The notes under the pieces are model-generated. The model ran no database searches and was not told the DNA's origin. It saw only the letters and a program-made list of their open reading frames with translations. A DNA stretch of 64,000 bases from Octopus vulgaris (taxonomy: Eukaryota): positions 16,244,001 through 16,308,000 of the forward strand of contig OX597831.1 of assembly GCA_951406725.2 (NCBI GenBank), written 5' to 3'. Below are positions 22,171-37,999 of this stretch, piece after piece. Each line of letters begins with the position of its first letter. Position 1 is the first letter of the stretch. The translations under genes were made by a program, and so were the position numbers.

Positions 22171-22350
22171 GGCGGATATTCATGTTCAAATCAACGACTG
22201 TTTTGTAACAACTTACTCCTGATTGTGTCATATATAATTTAAAGTTGTGTAACACATGTTTACACATACTGTGTTCACATATCAGGAATTAATTAAGATG
22301 GCTTGTTCAAGCAATTTCCCACATAAAATTGATGTATGTTTCCGTTTCAT
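22171..22350 (-). promoter_or_regulatory. Gene A core promoter / 5'UTR
   Basis: TATATAT about 60 nt upstream of the ATG; gtaacacatgtt (E-box-containing) block; aligns with 58979-59160 and 61538-61735. Confidence 0.6.
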
Positions 22351-22405
22351 ATTTATGTTTTTATAAATAGTCCATAGGAACCAAAATTCTCTCTCTCTCT
22401 CTCTC

Positions 22406-22451
<46 letters not shown>

Positions 22452-22474
22452 ACATATATATATATATATATATA

Positions 22475-22533
<59 letters not shown>

Positions 22534-23476
22534 CACACATACACACACATATAGATATATACTTACATACGTATATACTGTTCATAGATGTGAATCAGAT
22601 GTTAGCAGTATAGGATACACTTGCAGTGTTCAAGAGACACAAACGTGAGTAGGTATGGAAGTGTCTGTATAGACAAACGTTAGACAGATCAATTTATAAT
22701 CTATGTTAAATACATGAAATGCAAAATATATATATATATATATTCACTTACAAAATGTTTCACAAATAATATAGAGAAGTACTGATTACCAACTACTTCT
22801 CCACTGCTTTAGGTAGCAACCTTTAACCACTGCCCCCTCCCTATTCACTTCTCTCTATTCAGTTTCTTGCATCCCTGCATACCATTGACTTCCCCTTCCA
22901 AAACCAACCCCATACTTTTGTCCCACTAACCATTGCTATATCGACTACCTACCTATCACCACTCTATCTATCGTCCCATCTACATATTCTCACAGTTGTC
23001 AACAAAACTCAGTAATTTCCTCATGCACTGAACCAGCCAAAATATTTCTCTCAAATAATGGCCATTCACTTTCTCAACATCTCAACCAATTATTATTTAC
23101 CCCTCATAGAAACTAGCTCAATAAACCATCATCAACTCCCCTCTTCCACTTACATTCAAATCTACTACTACATCTCCCTACTGGGCTCCTTATTAACCAC
23201 TTGCTCTTGGAAATTATTTCCTCCTCTTACTATTCTTTACCTGAATAATTCCCCATTCCCTCCTCTGATACACTTAACTCTTACCAAAATTGTTCTATCT
23301 TTGAATTTTATTCTTTTAACACAGTGGTTGTCAACCGTTTTAGACTAATGTCACGCTGGCACGCTGGCCCAATTCTTGGCGCCACTCCCTACCTCAGCAT
23401 AAATATACACCTCTTCCTACAGCAAATTCAAAACAACCGTATATCACAAATAAAACGTAAGTCTAATTAAGGTATT

Positions 23477-23577
<101 letters not shown>

Positions 23578-23578
23578 C

Positions 23579-25095
<1,517 letters not shown>

Positions 25096-25439
25096 TATAT
25101 ACGGATTTCGTAGACAGGGACTGAAACAAATCAATCGTATATATATGTATATATGTAAGTGTATATATGTGTCTCTGTGTCTGTGTTTCGCCCTTATCAC
25201 TGCTTCACATCTGCTGTTCATTTATTTACATCCACAAAACTTACTGGTTTCACAAGAACAAACTAATAGAATATGTACTAGGCTTATCAACATAAAAAAG
25301 CACTAGGTTGTGTCCCATATTTTTGTTTGCCCACTCAGTTGTATCTATCAATTTGTCTTTGTGTGTGTTTATGTATGTGTGTGTGAGTATATCTATATCT
25401 ATATCTATCTATATCTATCTTTATGTATATATCTATCTA

Positions 25440-25518
<79 letters not shown>

Positions 25519-25540
25519 ATATATATATATATATATATAT

Positions 25541-26732
25541 CTATACAATATGTTACATTACTCGGTAGTCAAGATAAAACTCTGAGTTTCAGATGCCGAA
25601 GTGGAAATCCACAACACCATCTCTTCGGTTATCTGGCTATTTGAAAACGTTATGAAAAAATACCGTTAAAAATGAAGGGAAATTACTCTGTTATAACTCT
25701 GCTTTGCCTGCGTACTTATACATCGCTCGCATTTTTCGTCATAAAAATTATATAAAAAATACATAAAAAATATATAAAAATATATAAAAATATATAAAAT
25801 CTTCTTGGGACATAACCCAGAAAGCATGTTCTATCCGTTTTCTTTAGGGGACCAAAAACGTAACAGAAATTTAGTCACATGTGGGCATGATCCGAAAAGC
25901 TCTGTCCTTGTATTTAGACATGTGGTAGGGTCTAAGCTGCTTTTCCAGATAAGCCATCTCTCCATGTCGCATAAACCGCACCTTCCGCTGCCGTTAGTGT
26001 AGGGCTTACATCTGGCCAAAATCTTCCATTCCAAGACCATCATATATGAAGCTACCGTAAACTCTATAACCACTAAAGACACCGTTTCGACGAAGAAATA
26101 CGTGGGCCTGACAGAGGGTAATTTCAAGGCCAGGTTCAATAACCACACTTTGAGCTTTAGGCACTGGAACAAAAGAAAAGCGACACAATTATCCAATCAT
26201 ATTTGGTCTTTAAGAGATAAAGGTGTCGATTATAACATACAATGGAAGATTTTGGCCAGATGTAAGCCCTACACTAACGGCAGCGGAAGGTGCGGTTTAT
26301 GTGACATGGAGAGATGGCTTATCTGGAAAAGCAGCTTAGACCCTACCACATGTCTAAATACAAGGACAGAGCTTTTCGGATCATGCCCACATGTGACTAA
26401 ATTTCTGTTACGTTTTTGGTCCCCTAAAGAAAACGGATAGAACATGCTTTCTGTGTTATGTCCCAAGAAGATTTTATATATTTTTATATATTTTTTATAT
26501 ATTTTTATGTATTTTTATATAATTTTTATGACGAAAAATGCGAGCGATGTATAAGTACGCAGGCAAAGCAGAGTTATAACAGAGTAATTTACCTTCATTT
26601 TTAACGGTATTTTTTCATAACGTTTTCAAATAGCCAGATAACCGAAGAGATGGTGTTGTGGATTTCCACTTCGGCATCTGAAACTCAGAGTTTTATCTTG
26701 ACTACCGAGTAATGTAACATATTGTATAGATA
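25541..26732 (+). mobile_element. Penelope-like element 3' end (GIY-YIG endonuclease, tentatively Naiad-type) with inverted duplicated terminus
   Basis: IY..TV..YVGLTEGNFKARFNNH..LSNHIW..CGLC..CPH; about 490-bp arms at 25541-26030 and 26241-26730. Confidence 0.85.
26637..26697 (+). ncRNA. Hammerhead-like motif in the PLE terminus (CCGAAGA core); mirror copy at about 25573-25634
   Basis: gauaa-ccgaaga-gaug..cauc-u-gaaa-cucagag-uu-uuauc. Confidence 0.45.
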
Positions 26733-28029
26733 AATTTCCTCTATTTACATAATATTGAGGTCTGTTTCTTTCTTTTGTTATCTTACCGTTTTATCAATAT
26801 ATATATATATATTTATATATATTATATTAAATTAGAGGTAAAACCACTGTTACGCAAATCAAACAGTGAAAATCATAAACCAATACATAGAAATAAAAGT
26901 AATTAATAAAAAATATATAAAATTGAAAATTGAAAATTTAAAATATTTAACATAAAGTTAAAATTTTAAAAACTATTTAAATTATTTAAATTAAATTTAA
27001 ATAATTTAAATATTTTTTTTAATTCTAAGCATAAGGGCCATAAGCCCCATGATTATTCATATATTTTTGCTGTTGATGAAATTTTAACCATAGATATTAG
27101 ACACAAATGAAGTAATATTTATAAAATTTCATATTTTTACAAAGTTAGGGGGGACTTAACATCCTCAATTTTGTAATTTTATCTAAGCAAAAATGAACAC
27201 AGTTGTGCTCTTGGAAGCTGTACGGTTACCCGAGCATAAAAGTTGGATATTATTTCTAATTCAATGCTACAACAGTGTAACAGTTTGTGTTGACATACAC
27301 TTACATTGGGATTTCTGCAATGTGGTGCATATATTGTTAAGTAAATGTGAGACATCTTTGCCTCCACTGATTCAGTTGCAAAGTGTTGAGTAAATTTATT
27401 TGATTGCAGACCTCCTTTCAGTCTTATTATTATCACTCGGTCACACTTAGTCCCCACATGGTAACATTGATTACAAGGCCTTCCCAGATGAGTGACTGGT
27501 TATTCAAAGACATTTATAGATTTAAATTCATTCTGTCCCGTTACGTATCAGTATAGTGGTCATTTGAAAACTCCAGAGGTGACACTTTAATTTCCCTAAG
27601 CCCTCACGTCACACAGTTGTTAATGTTGATTTCAGTTGGGTCATGCTCTTCCAATTGCTATAGATTCGTAATGCATCTTACGGGTGTGCCTGTCACCTGC
27701 ATGGTGAGGAATCCTACATTGGGAGTGGTAACGACTATGGTAGGGTAACTGATTGCTTATTGTGATCATTCGTCTTTTGGTTTCCATGTGGCACGATTAC
27801 AATTTTTTTAGGGTGTGTAAAGAGGGAAATAACCCTCATCTGCAATTTTGATGAAATTCAAAACATAGATATTCTAGTTCATTTAGAAAATATAACAGAA
27901 AATTCTAATTCTTCAATTGTAACCGGGCAACGTCGGTATCTCTGCCATTATATATGTATATATATACATACAAATATATATATATATATATATATATACA
28001 TAAATATATACATATATATACTCAATCAC

Positions 28030-30230
28030 CTACCGAATACTATAAACAAAAACACCAAACTGGTATCCTTCGATGTAGTCAACCTCTGCTCCAATATCCC
28101 CCACAACCTAGGACTAGAGGCAAACCAATTCTGGCTAGAGAATCACGCCAACGAACTACCACATCGCATCAAAAAAGAATTCGTGATAGAAGGGGTTAAA
28201 TTCATCCTGGAAAATAACTTCTTCGCCTTCAATGACAACTTCTACCGACAAAAATCAGGGACTGCGATGGGTACAGGAATGGCCCCCTCCTTTGCCAACC
28301 TAGTCATAGGATATCTAGAGATCAGTCTGTATCGTAAGGTTCTAGAAAGATATGGCAGCCCTTTCTCCATCTACATAGAAAACAACTGGAAGAGATATCT
28401 AGATGACTGTTCCATCCTTTGGCATGAACATATTAAGACACTCATAGAATTCCAAGAAATTTTAAACGGACTGGACGTAAATATCCAATTCACGATGGAA
28501 TATAGCCAGCAACAACTCCCCTTCCTCGATATCCTCATTAAGAAAGCTAATAATGTAATAGAAACAGACATATATTATAAGCCTACAGACTGTAAGCAAT
28601 ATCTTCCATTCAATTCATGCCACCCCAGACACACCAGGATGAATATCCCCTTCAATCTAGCAAAAAGGATATGCACTATAGTCTCTAATGCAAACACCAG
28701 AGACACACGACTACAAGAACTAAAAGATACCCTTATCACCAGGAACTATCCACCTTCACTTATTGACAAGTGCATTCAACGTGCCCTTCAACTTAACATC
28801 AAGGAACTGAGTCATCCCAAATCAAAGAAAAACTTACCACCAAAAGCCTTACCATACATCTCCACACACAACCCTCTCAATAACGAAGCCTTCGGCACCA
28901 TCCTCCACAACATACACCTCCTAAAAAAATACCACAAAATGAACACAATCCTCCAAACACACACGATCATAAAAAGCAAGAGACAGCCTAAATCCATGAA
29001 AAGTCTCCTAACACAAGCCCGAATTCACTCTTCAACACAGAAGCCGACAGTAAAAAAATGTGGAAGACCCAATTGCGGGATATGCGACTATCTAATTGAG
29101 GGATCAGAGTTCTCCTTCAAACAGGGACAACGGTTTACAGTGAAAAGCAACTTCACATGTGCTTCGGAGAACCTAATATACTCACTAACCTGCTCCGGGT
29201 GTCAAGAGCAGTACGTAGGCCAAACAAAAAATAGTTTGCGTAAAAGAATGGCCCTGCACAGATCCCAGATAAAAATTCCCCAAAACAGAAAAATAGCTTT
29301 CAGCCAACACACAGATACTTGCGCCAACAACAAAACACCAGGCTTCAGGATTTTCCCCCTCTACCAATTTAGGGACGATACAACCCCGAGACAACGAATA
29401 AGTAAAGAAACTCTCTTTATTACAAAATACAGGCCACTTCTTAACGGGTCTACGACAAACGATTAATATACCCCAACTTTAGAATAAAAGAAATACACAC
29501 ACAAATATTACATTCCAAAGAATTCATTACTAATCAGCCCCAATCACAGCTATAATCCATAACATGCCAACTTCAAGTCATACAACACCTCACTACTTTC
29601 ACCCATTCATATTCTCCCTTCTCTGTTTTATTCTTCTTCCACTTCTTCTTCATCATCATCATTATCATCATCATCGTCATCATCATCACCACCATCATCA
29701 TCATCTTCTTCTTCTTCTCCTTCTCCTTCTTCTTCTTCTTCTTCTTCATTATCATCATCATCAACATCGTCATCTTCTTCTTCTTCTGCTCCACCTTCTA
29801 CCTCTTAACTTTATCACTAATGCTTTTTAGTAAAACACCTACGCAAATTCCATAAACAAACCTTCCAATAGAAATATTCTCCTGAATTGAACTGCAACTG
29901 CTAGCCGTCACTGACCATTCAAAACACAACAATCAAGGCACTCCCAAATCCCCCCCCTCTCTTCTTCAGCCTTCTTCTTCTTCTACCCTACCAAGAATTC
30001 ACAACGACATCGAACACACAAGTGCAAACAAGGGAGTCAGAGAAAGGCAGAATGCCACTTATATTTGAACACCACTATATAAATATTCCTTTAAAAGAAC
30101 TTTTCTTCTAATTTTTCTAAATTTAATTATTTAATCGTTACAGTTGAAAAGGTCTCAAAATGACCGAAACCGGTACTGAAATGTTCTTTATAAAATTATT
30201 TTAGCATTTTCTATTTTGACTTGATTTTTC
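28030..30230 (+). mobile_element. Neptune-type Penelope-like retroelement (5'-truncated RT + GIY-YIG)
   Basis: ORF 28183..29466: GTAMGT, RYLDD, PFLD, SCHPRH, linker CGRPNCGIC, LIY..C..C..YVGQT. Confidence 0.92.
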
Positions 30231-30403
30231 TTGGGCTTTTTATCGATTACATCGTCGTAACTGGTACTTTATTTATCGACCCCGAAGGGATGAAGGCAGT
30301 CAACCTCGCCTTTCATCCCTTCGGGGTCGATAATAAAGTACCAGTTACCACTGGGGTCGATGTAATCGACTTAATCCTTGTCTGTGTTTGTCCCTATGTT
30401 TAG

Positions 30404-30451
<48 letters not shown>

Positions 30452-30560
30452 AAACAAGTCAAAATAGAAAATGCTAAAATAATTTTATAAAGAACTTTTC
30501 AGTACCAGTTTCGGTCATTTTGAGACCTTTTCAACTGTAACGATTAAATAATTAAATTTA
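30118..30560. repeat. Nested inverted repeats (PLE-terminus arms enclosing a fold-back SINE)
   Basis: 30118-30230 vs 30448-30560; SINE arms about 30242-30298 vs 30308-30370. Confidence 0.85.
30141..30178 (+). ncRNA. Minimal hammerhead-like motif (UUGAAAA core); mirror copy at about 30500-30537
   Basis: cag-uugaaaa-gguc..gacc-gaaa-ccgg-ua-cug. Confidence 0.5.
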
Positions 30561-30869
30561 TATATCTGATCTGATCATCATATGTGCCCTCTCTGTTGAA
30601 CTGTACGGACGTGTCTTTATTTCTCTCTCCCAAGTCAGTAGCAAGCTACACAGCTTCAAAACTTAACTGACCTTACATATATATATATATTTGTAACCAC
30701 GTGTTTGCCTACAAACCCGTAATTACGTTTTTATTTAACTACAAATTGTTATATACACTTGTTTTTCTTTTAATATCTTCAAACAACCAAAGAATCAAAA
30801 ACTCACACCCTTAAGAAAGAATATCTATATATATACACTTCTTTAACTCACAAGAAAGAATATATATAT

Positions 30870-33570
30870 ATAAAAAATAAAACAAAAACAAACATGACGA
30901 GTAACCTGCAGGCCTGCAACAGACGAAATTGGTCTGATAATGAAATTGATGTCTTAATTAACACTTGGTTCTCTCTTTCCCAAACAGAAAATTAAAATTT
31001 TTTGTGCTTGAATGAGATTACCGAAAAAACATCGCAAATATTCAACACACGATCCGTCAAACAGATTCGTAGCAAACTGAAGCATATCCAAGTCTCTAAC
31101 TAAAAGCCATTTTGAAAAACTTCTTTATATTTTCACTGTTCAAGCCCAACAACAACAAGAACAACAACAGCTAGAAAATCAACAACAGCCACAACAACAA
31201 CAACAACAACAGAATGAGCCACTCCTACTTCCCAGCACAATAGCTGACCTACGAAATGATAGTATCCTTTCACCTAACATCGGTCAAGCTCAACAACAAC
31301 AACAACAGCCACAGAAACAACAACAGCCACAGCAACAACAACAACAACAACAACAGCCACTCCTAAACTCTAGCATATTAGTTGATTTACTGAATGCCAG
31401 TATCTATTCACCGCTCTCACAGCAACCTATTTCTTTATTACCCACAAGGGGCTAAACACAGAGGGGACAAACAAGGACATACATAGGTTTTAAGTCGATT
31501 ACATCGACCCCAGTGCGTAACTGGTACTTAATTTATCGACCCCGAAAAGATGAAAGGCAAAGTCGACCTCGGCGGAATTTGAACTCACAACGTAACGCAG
31601 ACGAAATACCGCTAACCATTTCGCCCGGCGTGCTAACGTTTCTGCCAGCTCGCCCACAGCAACCACCACAATTTCCATCATCATCATCATCACCACTGCT
31701 GCCGCCATCGTCTTCTATCACCAAAAAGACTACTAAGAAAATACCAAATAAGAAACCACAGCTCTCTTCCCCCACATCACCACCTGCAGTAACAAAAACC
31801 TAAAAAAACATATGAAGCAGAATGCGCGCCCCCCACGGCACAAACAAGAAACCCCAAAATATGCCGTTATTCACTGCGTCAGAGTCTCTGCACAAATAGT
31901 GACTGCATCTTCACACATCTACCTGGCACTAGACGCACTACCGGCCAAGGCCAAAGCACGCATCCCACAATAACATCAACACCACCAAATAGTAAATCGA
32001 AAGTCAAAACACACACAACTCGGAGTCCCAAAATCTGCCGGTATTCCCAACGTGAGAGAATATGTCTGCTGAGTGACTGTCCCTTCACTCATCTTCCAGG
32101 GACCCGACGCAAAAACAGAAACGGGGCTTGAAGCCAACACACAAACCAGAATAAAAATAAAAATAAAAACACACCATGCTGCAGTAATGCTGGTCCAGTC
32201 TTTTCACGAAGACACAAAAACAACAACAACAAAAGTGGAAACTACAACCCTATCCAACAGTGCAACCACACCTCCAGCCAAAAACCGCTCCCTAAGCAGG
32301 AAAATTCTTTTTTAACCATGTTGAACATGGCAAAAGAGATACACAAAGACATTCTAGCCATCACTCAACACCATCATATGCTATTACCCCTGTGCACCAA
32401 CTCCCCACATTGCTGTCACTAACACACAAAAAAATCCAAGCCCCTTGCAACAGTCAAAACCAGCCACTACACTAACCTCCACCTTTCTACTCAATGCACA
32501 AGGTGTCAGCCATTCCATCAATGCACAAAAACGGAAGGTCCAATTCATTGAAGTCTGGGTTGGTAACCATCCACACCACATTCCTTTCTTCATTCTCACA
32601 GAGACCCATCTTGACAACTCCCACTTGGAAGCCGAAGTGAGAGTGAATAATTTCACAACCATCCGCGCGGATCGTGTCGGCAGAAGGAAGGGTCGAACTG
32701 CCATTTTCCTGCATGATTCGTTTACGGCAGATGGAAATAGAATATTCCCCAACGGCTACGGTGAATCAGTCACCGTGCACAACAAAGCCAATGACCTGAC
32801 ATTAGTTGGGCTCTATAGGCCACCCCAAACACCCATACTGAGCTTTAAAGAATGCCTCAACAGCATTAAGTGCTTTATTCAACAGTGTCATTCTAGCAAC
32901 CTACTCATGATGGGAGACTTCAATCTACCCTGTGTTGACTGGACTACAAACTGTTTGAAACCAAGCACTCCCGCCTGAACCGCTTACAAAGAAGCAGTAG
33001 AATCACTTTTCGACTTTATGATTGAGTTTTTCTTGTCCCAACTTGTCCTTGCACCAACAAGTTATCAGAACATTTTGGACCTAGTGTTTAGTAACCACAC
33101 TAACACTATACATAACATTACAGTATAAAAAAAAACCTTCTTTTAGACCATGACATGGTTCTCTGTAACATGAAATTCCACCAGCCTAAAGCTAATCCTA
33201 GTGACATCTCTCCAGCCCATCCATTTGATAACATGATCTCCATAATGCCAACTGGGATGCAATCAGGAACGAGCTATCACATGTTGACTGGTCCTTTACA
33301 CATACACACATCTCCACCGACAATAAAACATCTTGGCAGATCTTTCTAGACACCGTCACAAACATATGTGCAAAACACTCCCCACCAAGACCTGTGAACA
33401 AAAAGGGCAGAATCCCCTATTATCATAAAAACTATTATCAGAAAAATAAAAAGAACAACCCAAAAAATTAAGAAACTAAAATACTGCCAACAACAACACA
33501 CACATTCGACGGCTATCGCACTGCTTGAATCCAAAAAATATAACCTCCAACAATGCATGAAGACCCTCAT
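30870..33570 (+). mobile_element. Decayed CR1-like LINE 5' half (ORF1 relic + APE endonuclease)
   Basis: LNAQG, LTETHL, RADR, GLYRPP, MGDFNLP, ILDLVF, DH motifs; Myb-like WSDNEIDVLI near 30930. Confidence 0.8.
31435..31655 (-). mobile_element. Full-length Meta-type SINE nested in the LINE
   Basis: Close match to 56910-57127 and 1135-1300. Confidence 0.85.
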
Positions 33571-33659
33571 CAAAAAGTTTCTTTCATTTGAGCATTCTGC
33601 ATTTTTACAATTTTTTTCTTGCTTATATATATATATATATACTTTCATACTTTCATACT

Positions 33660-33905
33660 TTGACAGGTTTCGGCCATTATTGGCCCAGGCCATGTCTAAC
33701 TTAAATCTTTCAAGTCAGAATTTGGGCACTATGGCCCACTAAAGTAGAGAGTTATTGTTTACAGAGATATATCCGGGTGTAGGAGGTTTATCCGGGATTT
33801 CTTGAAGGAATCTGTCCAAAGACTTATTGAACCCTATAGGGTCTGTATCTGTTTTAATGTGTTTTGGTGTAATGTTAAAGAGAGCGGGGCCAATTGAGGT
33901 GAAAT
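33660..33905 (-). mobile_element. CR1-like LINE 3' end, opposite in orientation to the adjacent 5' half
   Basis: Minus-strand translation FTSIGPALFNITPKHIK..FNKSLDRFLQEIPDKPPTPGY..NNSLL. Confidence 0.75.
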
Positions 33906-34247
33906 TTTAATGAAATGAGAAGTTGATAAAATATATAAATATATATTTATTCAACCGGTTTTCGTCATTGTATGACTTGTCAAGAATATTTATGTGAAAA
34001 AGTTTTTTTTAAAATTAGAAATGGGAAAAAAGAAAAATGCATTGTTTTTTGCTAAAAGAATAATAATAAATATACATATTTATTATTATTCTTTTGCAAA
34101 AAACAATGCATTTTTCTTTTTTCCCATTTCTAATTTAAAAAAAAACTTTTTCACATAAATATTCTTGACAAGTCATACAATGACGAAAACCGGTTGAATA
34201 AATATATATTTATATATTTTATCAATTTCTCATTTCATAAAAATTTT
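33902..34247. repeat. Near-perfect palindrome of about 345 bp
   Basis: Arms of about 170 bp meet at a loop of a few nucleotides near 34073. Confidence 0.9.
34160..34200 (+). ncRNA. Minimal hammerhead-like motif (UUGACAA core); mirror copy at about 33947-33987
   Basis: uauuc-uugacaa-guca..ugac-gaaa-accgg-uu-gaaua. Confidence 0.5.
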
Positions 34248-34334
34248 CTTTCATTTGAGCATTCTGCATTTTTACAATTTTTCCTTGCTTATCATTTCTC
34301 CACGTGCGGTCAACGCAACCCCACCATTTATTGA

Positions 34335-34994
<660 letters not shown>

Positions 34995-35122
34995 TTGTGT
35001 TGGAGTCGCGTGGAGCTTAGGTGTTTCGCTCATAAACACACACATCGCCCGGTCTGAAATTCGAACCTGCGATCCCTCGACCGCGAATCGCTGCTCTAAC
35101 TACTAGGCCATGTGTGTCCACA
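34995..35122 (-). mobile_element. tRNA-SINE head fragment
   Basis: tggcctagtagttagagc..ggttcgaatttc A/B boxes. Confidence 0.6.
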
Positions 35123-36254
35123 CAAACCACATTGCTGTTCATAAAATTTTCAGAATTCTGAAGCAAAAGCAAAACGAAAAACAAAATCTAAAATATTGTG
35201 AAAGCGGAAATCTAAGACGGAGCTAAAGAAGTAATGTATCACAATAATTATTTTAAAATTAAATTTACTTACCTTGACTAATTTACTTCCATAACACCAC
35301 CTTTGATACAAAATGTCCAAGTAACCGTTGATAATTGATACGTGAAGCCAGATTACAATGATTAATGTGTGTACTGCAATATGCACGTATTAAACATAGT
35401 TTTTTTTTCTCTTCTGTTATCTTCGAAAAAGAGATTATCTCCTGCACCAGGAGGAATGCACCATTTACGTTATCGCTTTGGTAAGGGTTCAATAGCGTAA
35501 AACTAGGCGTTGCCGACGGTAGGAAACGAGGCAGAGAATAATAACAAAAGATCTTAGAAGCTGAGGGTTAACAATGGAACAAGCTGTCAAGTTCGCTTCA
35601 GTGTTAGAAAGTAGAATGATCTTGCTGTCGCCTCACGTTCCATATGGGACAATGAGAACCAAATGGAGGAATTGACTCTTATGACATTTAACTGTCTTTT
35701 CCATTTCGTTCCATCCTTATTTTATGTTCGACACCAAGCAAAATGTTGTCTCTCCTTCTGATGTTACCCACTCCTATGCGTCTGTGGCAATGCTAAGCAA
35801 GTGATTTATGTTCACCGTGGATTTGGCAAACTCCAAACAGACCTGTAATTTGACTGCATGATTATGAATGGTATTCACAAGATATAGGAAAGGTGTGGAA
35901 AGAGAGTCTCCCTGGAATATTCTTCTGCTTACTTGCACTGTATTGAACTATTCAATTGTACATATTACGGCTCCTTATTATGCACTCATTGCCTTTTCCT
36001 CAAAATCATTTTTCATCCGCTCGAGCAGTTTCCCGCACTCAGTAATCTGTCAGAGCGAATTATTGTCGAAAAGTGCTTTTATCGCTTTTTCAATTAACTG
36101 TCAAAATTCATTTTCGGATGCGGAGATCCATTAATATTACAATATGAGATCGGCCGTTCTCATGAAATCTTTTCAGTAACTATTTGGCTCTGCCACAAAA
36201 ACAAAAAAAAAATGGTCTTCCCAGAATTTTATTATTATTATTATTATTATTATA

Positions 36255-36296
<42 letters not shown>

Positions 36297-36299
36297 GCT

Positions 36300-36352
<53 letters not shown>

Positions 36353-36374
36353 TATCGTCGTCGTAGTCGTCATG

Positions 36375-36437
<63 letters not shown>

Positions 36438-36879
36438 GAGCGAGAGAGCAGTGCATGCCATCGAAGTGATACTGCTGTGAAATATACGAAGGGCATTATT
36501 TCCATATGGTTATCTGTTATCATAAAACAGCGCGTGATCTTGCCTTTTGAATTTTCTTGAGGTGAAGTAGCACATACCGCTCAAAAGGTCCTTCGATAAG
36601 GGTTGTTTAAGGATGTTGAACGAAACTCAAATAATTCGAAAGGTGAATTATCCAAACCCCAAAGAATTCCTCTCCATACATGGCTATGATGCTCCCCGCA
36701 ACTTCAGCTTCTGATCAGGGATACACATATCGTCATTAACTACGGGACATGCTCAACTGATTAAGGTCAAATAACTGACAAGCAAGTCTGTGAATTTTAC
36801 TATAGCACATATTTTATACAAAGACAAGACAATGTACATGACAACACTTCCAATCATTTAAGATGAGAAGCCGACATAG

Positions 36880-37600
36880 CTGCAGTTCTGGAGGAAGAAA
36901 CTAGACTATGCGCCTGGCACCTAGAATGACATCAGGCGCGCACAACGCTCTCCCATGCGTGTAATGGGATCGTTGAAGCGTTCCGCTTTTGAAATTTATA
37001 GAAGATGAGTGGTGGGGATGTGCGACGACGTTCTCGGGTATGTCTGGGCGCCGACGAGAATGAATTGGCTAATCTGTACTGGAGGACTTTCTGGTCCGGA
37101 TCTATCATGGATAATTTCATGATGTCGTAGGTCTGGTAGTGCTACCGTGAGGTGCTACTGGTTTGAGACACGCTCTACAAGTATGGATGTGCTGTCAGAG
37201 TGACTTGTCCGTGCTGCATGCAGTGTGACGGAAACGTTCTGCACGCCCTTATTGAGTGTTCGGGTATTGCTGACTTGTACGTTTACGTTGAAGAGTTGCT
37301 GTCATGTGTGGGAAGGATCCATTGTTCGGCCGAGTCTGTAGTGATGATTGCTTCGCTACTCTCCTTCAATCGTTTTCCTTTGCCTGACGGCTGTGGCAAG
37401 TGCAGTTGTTTGATGGACAAGGCTGAAAAGCATGAAGGCAGGTATATCTTTCATTGAGTTTTTCAAGTTTCAGGTGAAAAGGAATTTGAGACTGGAGACG
37501 GAATTGCTGCCCTAGGGTGGGTTTATTGAAAGGTGGATGAAAGCTGCGAAAATAGGCAGAGTGGATGGTACCTTTCTAAATGTAGACCTGTGAGTCGGGA
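36880..37600 (+). mobile_element. Tx1/L1-like LINE 3' fragment
   Basis: TCP.C..C...VLHALIEC CCHC knuckle after an LYWRTF..CYREVL-like segment. Confidence 0.6.
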
Positions 37601-37949
37601 AGAAGGAATTGGAGAGCGCACTTGCGCATAGGGTTTCAGGCAAATCTCAGACAGTGAGGTTCTTAGATTATCCCTAGGAGTCTTCCTGTATCAGGAGGGC
37701 CACAGCTCTCTCATGCCCCACTTTTGATTTACCTTTGTATTCTATGGATATGTTTCTTTTTTTTCCAGTGTATACCGTGTATACTTCTTCCTTATACGCC
37801 ATTTAATTATTATATATACAAAACCCTTACTCTTATGTATGCCTCTGTACTGTTCACCTCTTCTTTCGCCCATATGGCAAAAGAAATAATAATAATAACA
37901 AAAATGAAATAATAATAATAACATTATTATTATCTAGTAGTAGTAGTAA

Positions 37950-37999
<50 letters not shown>

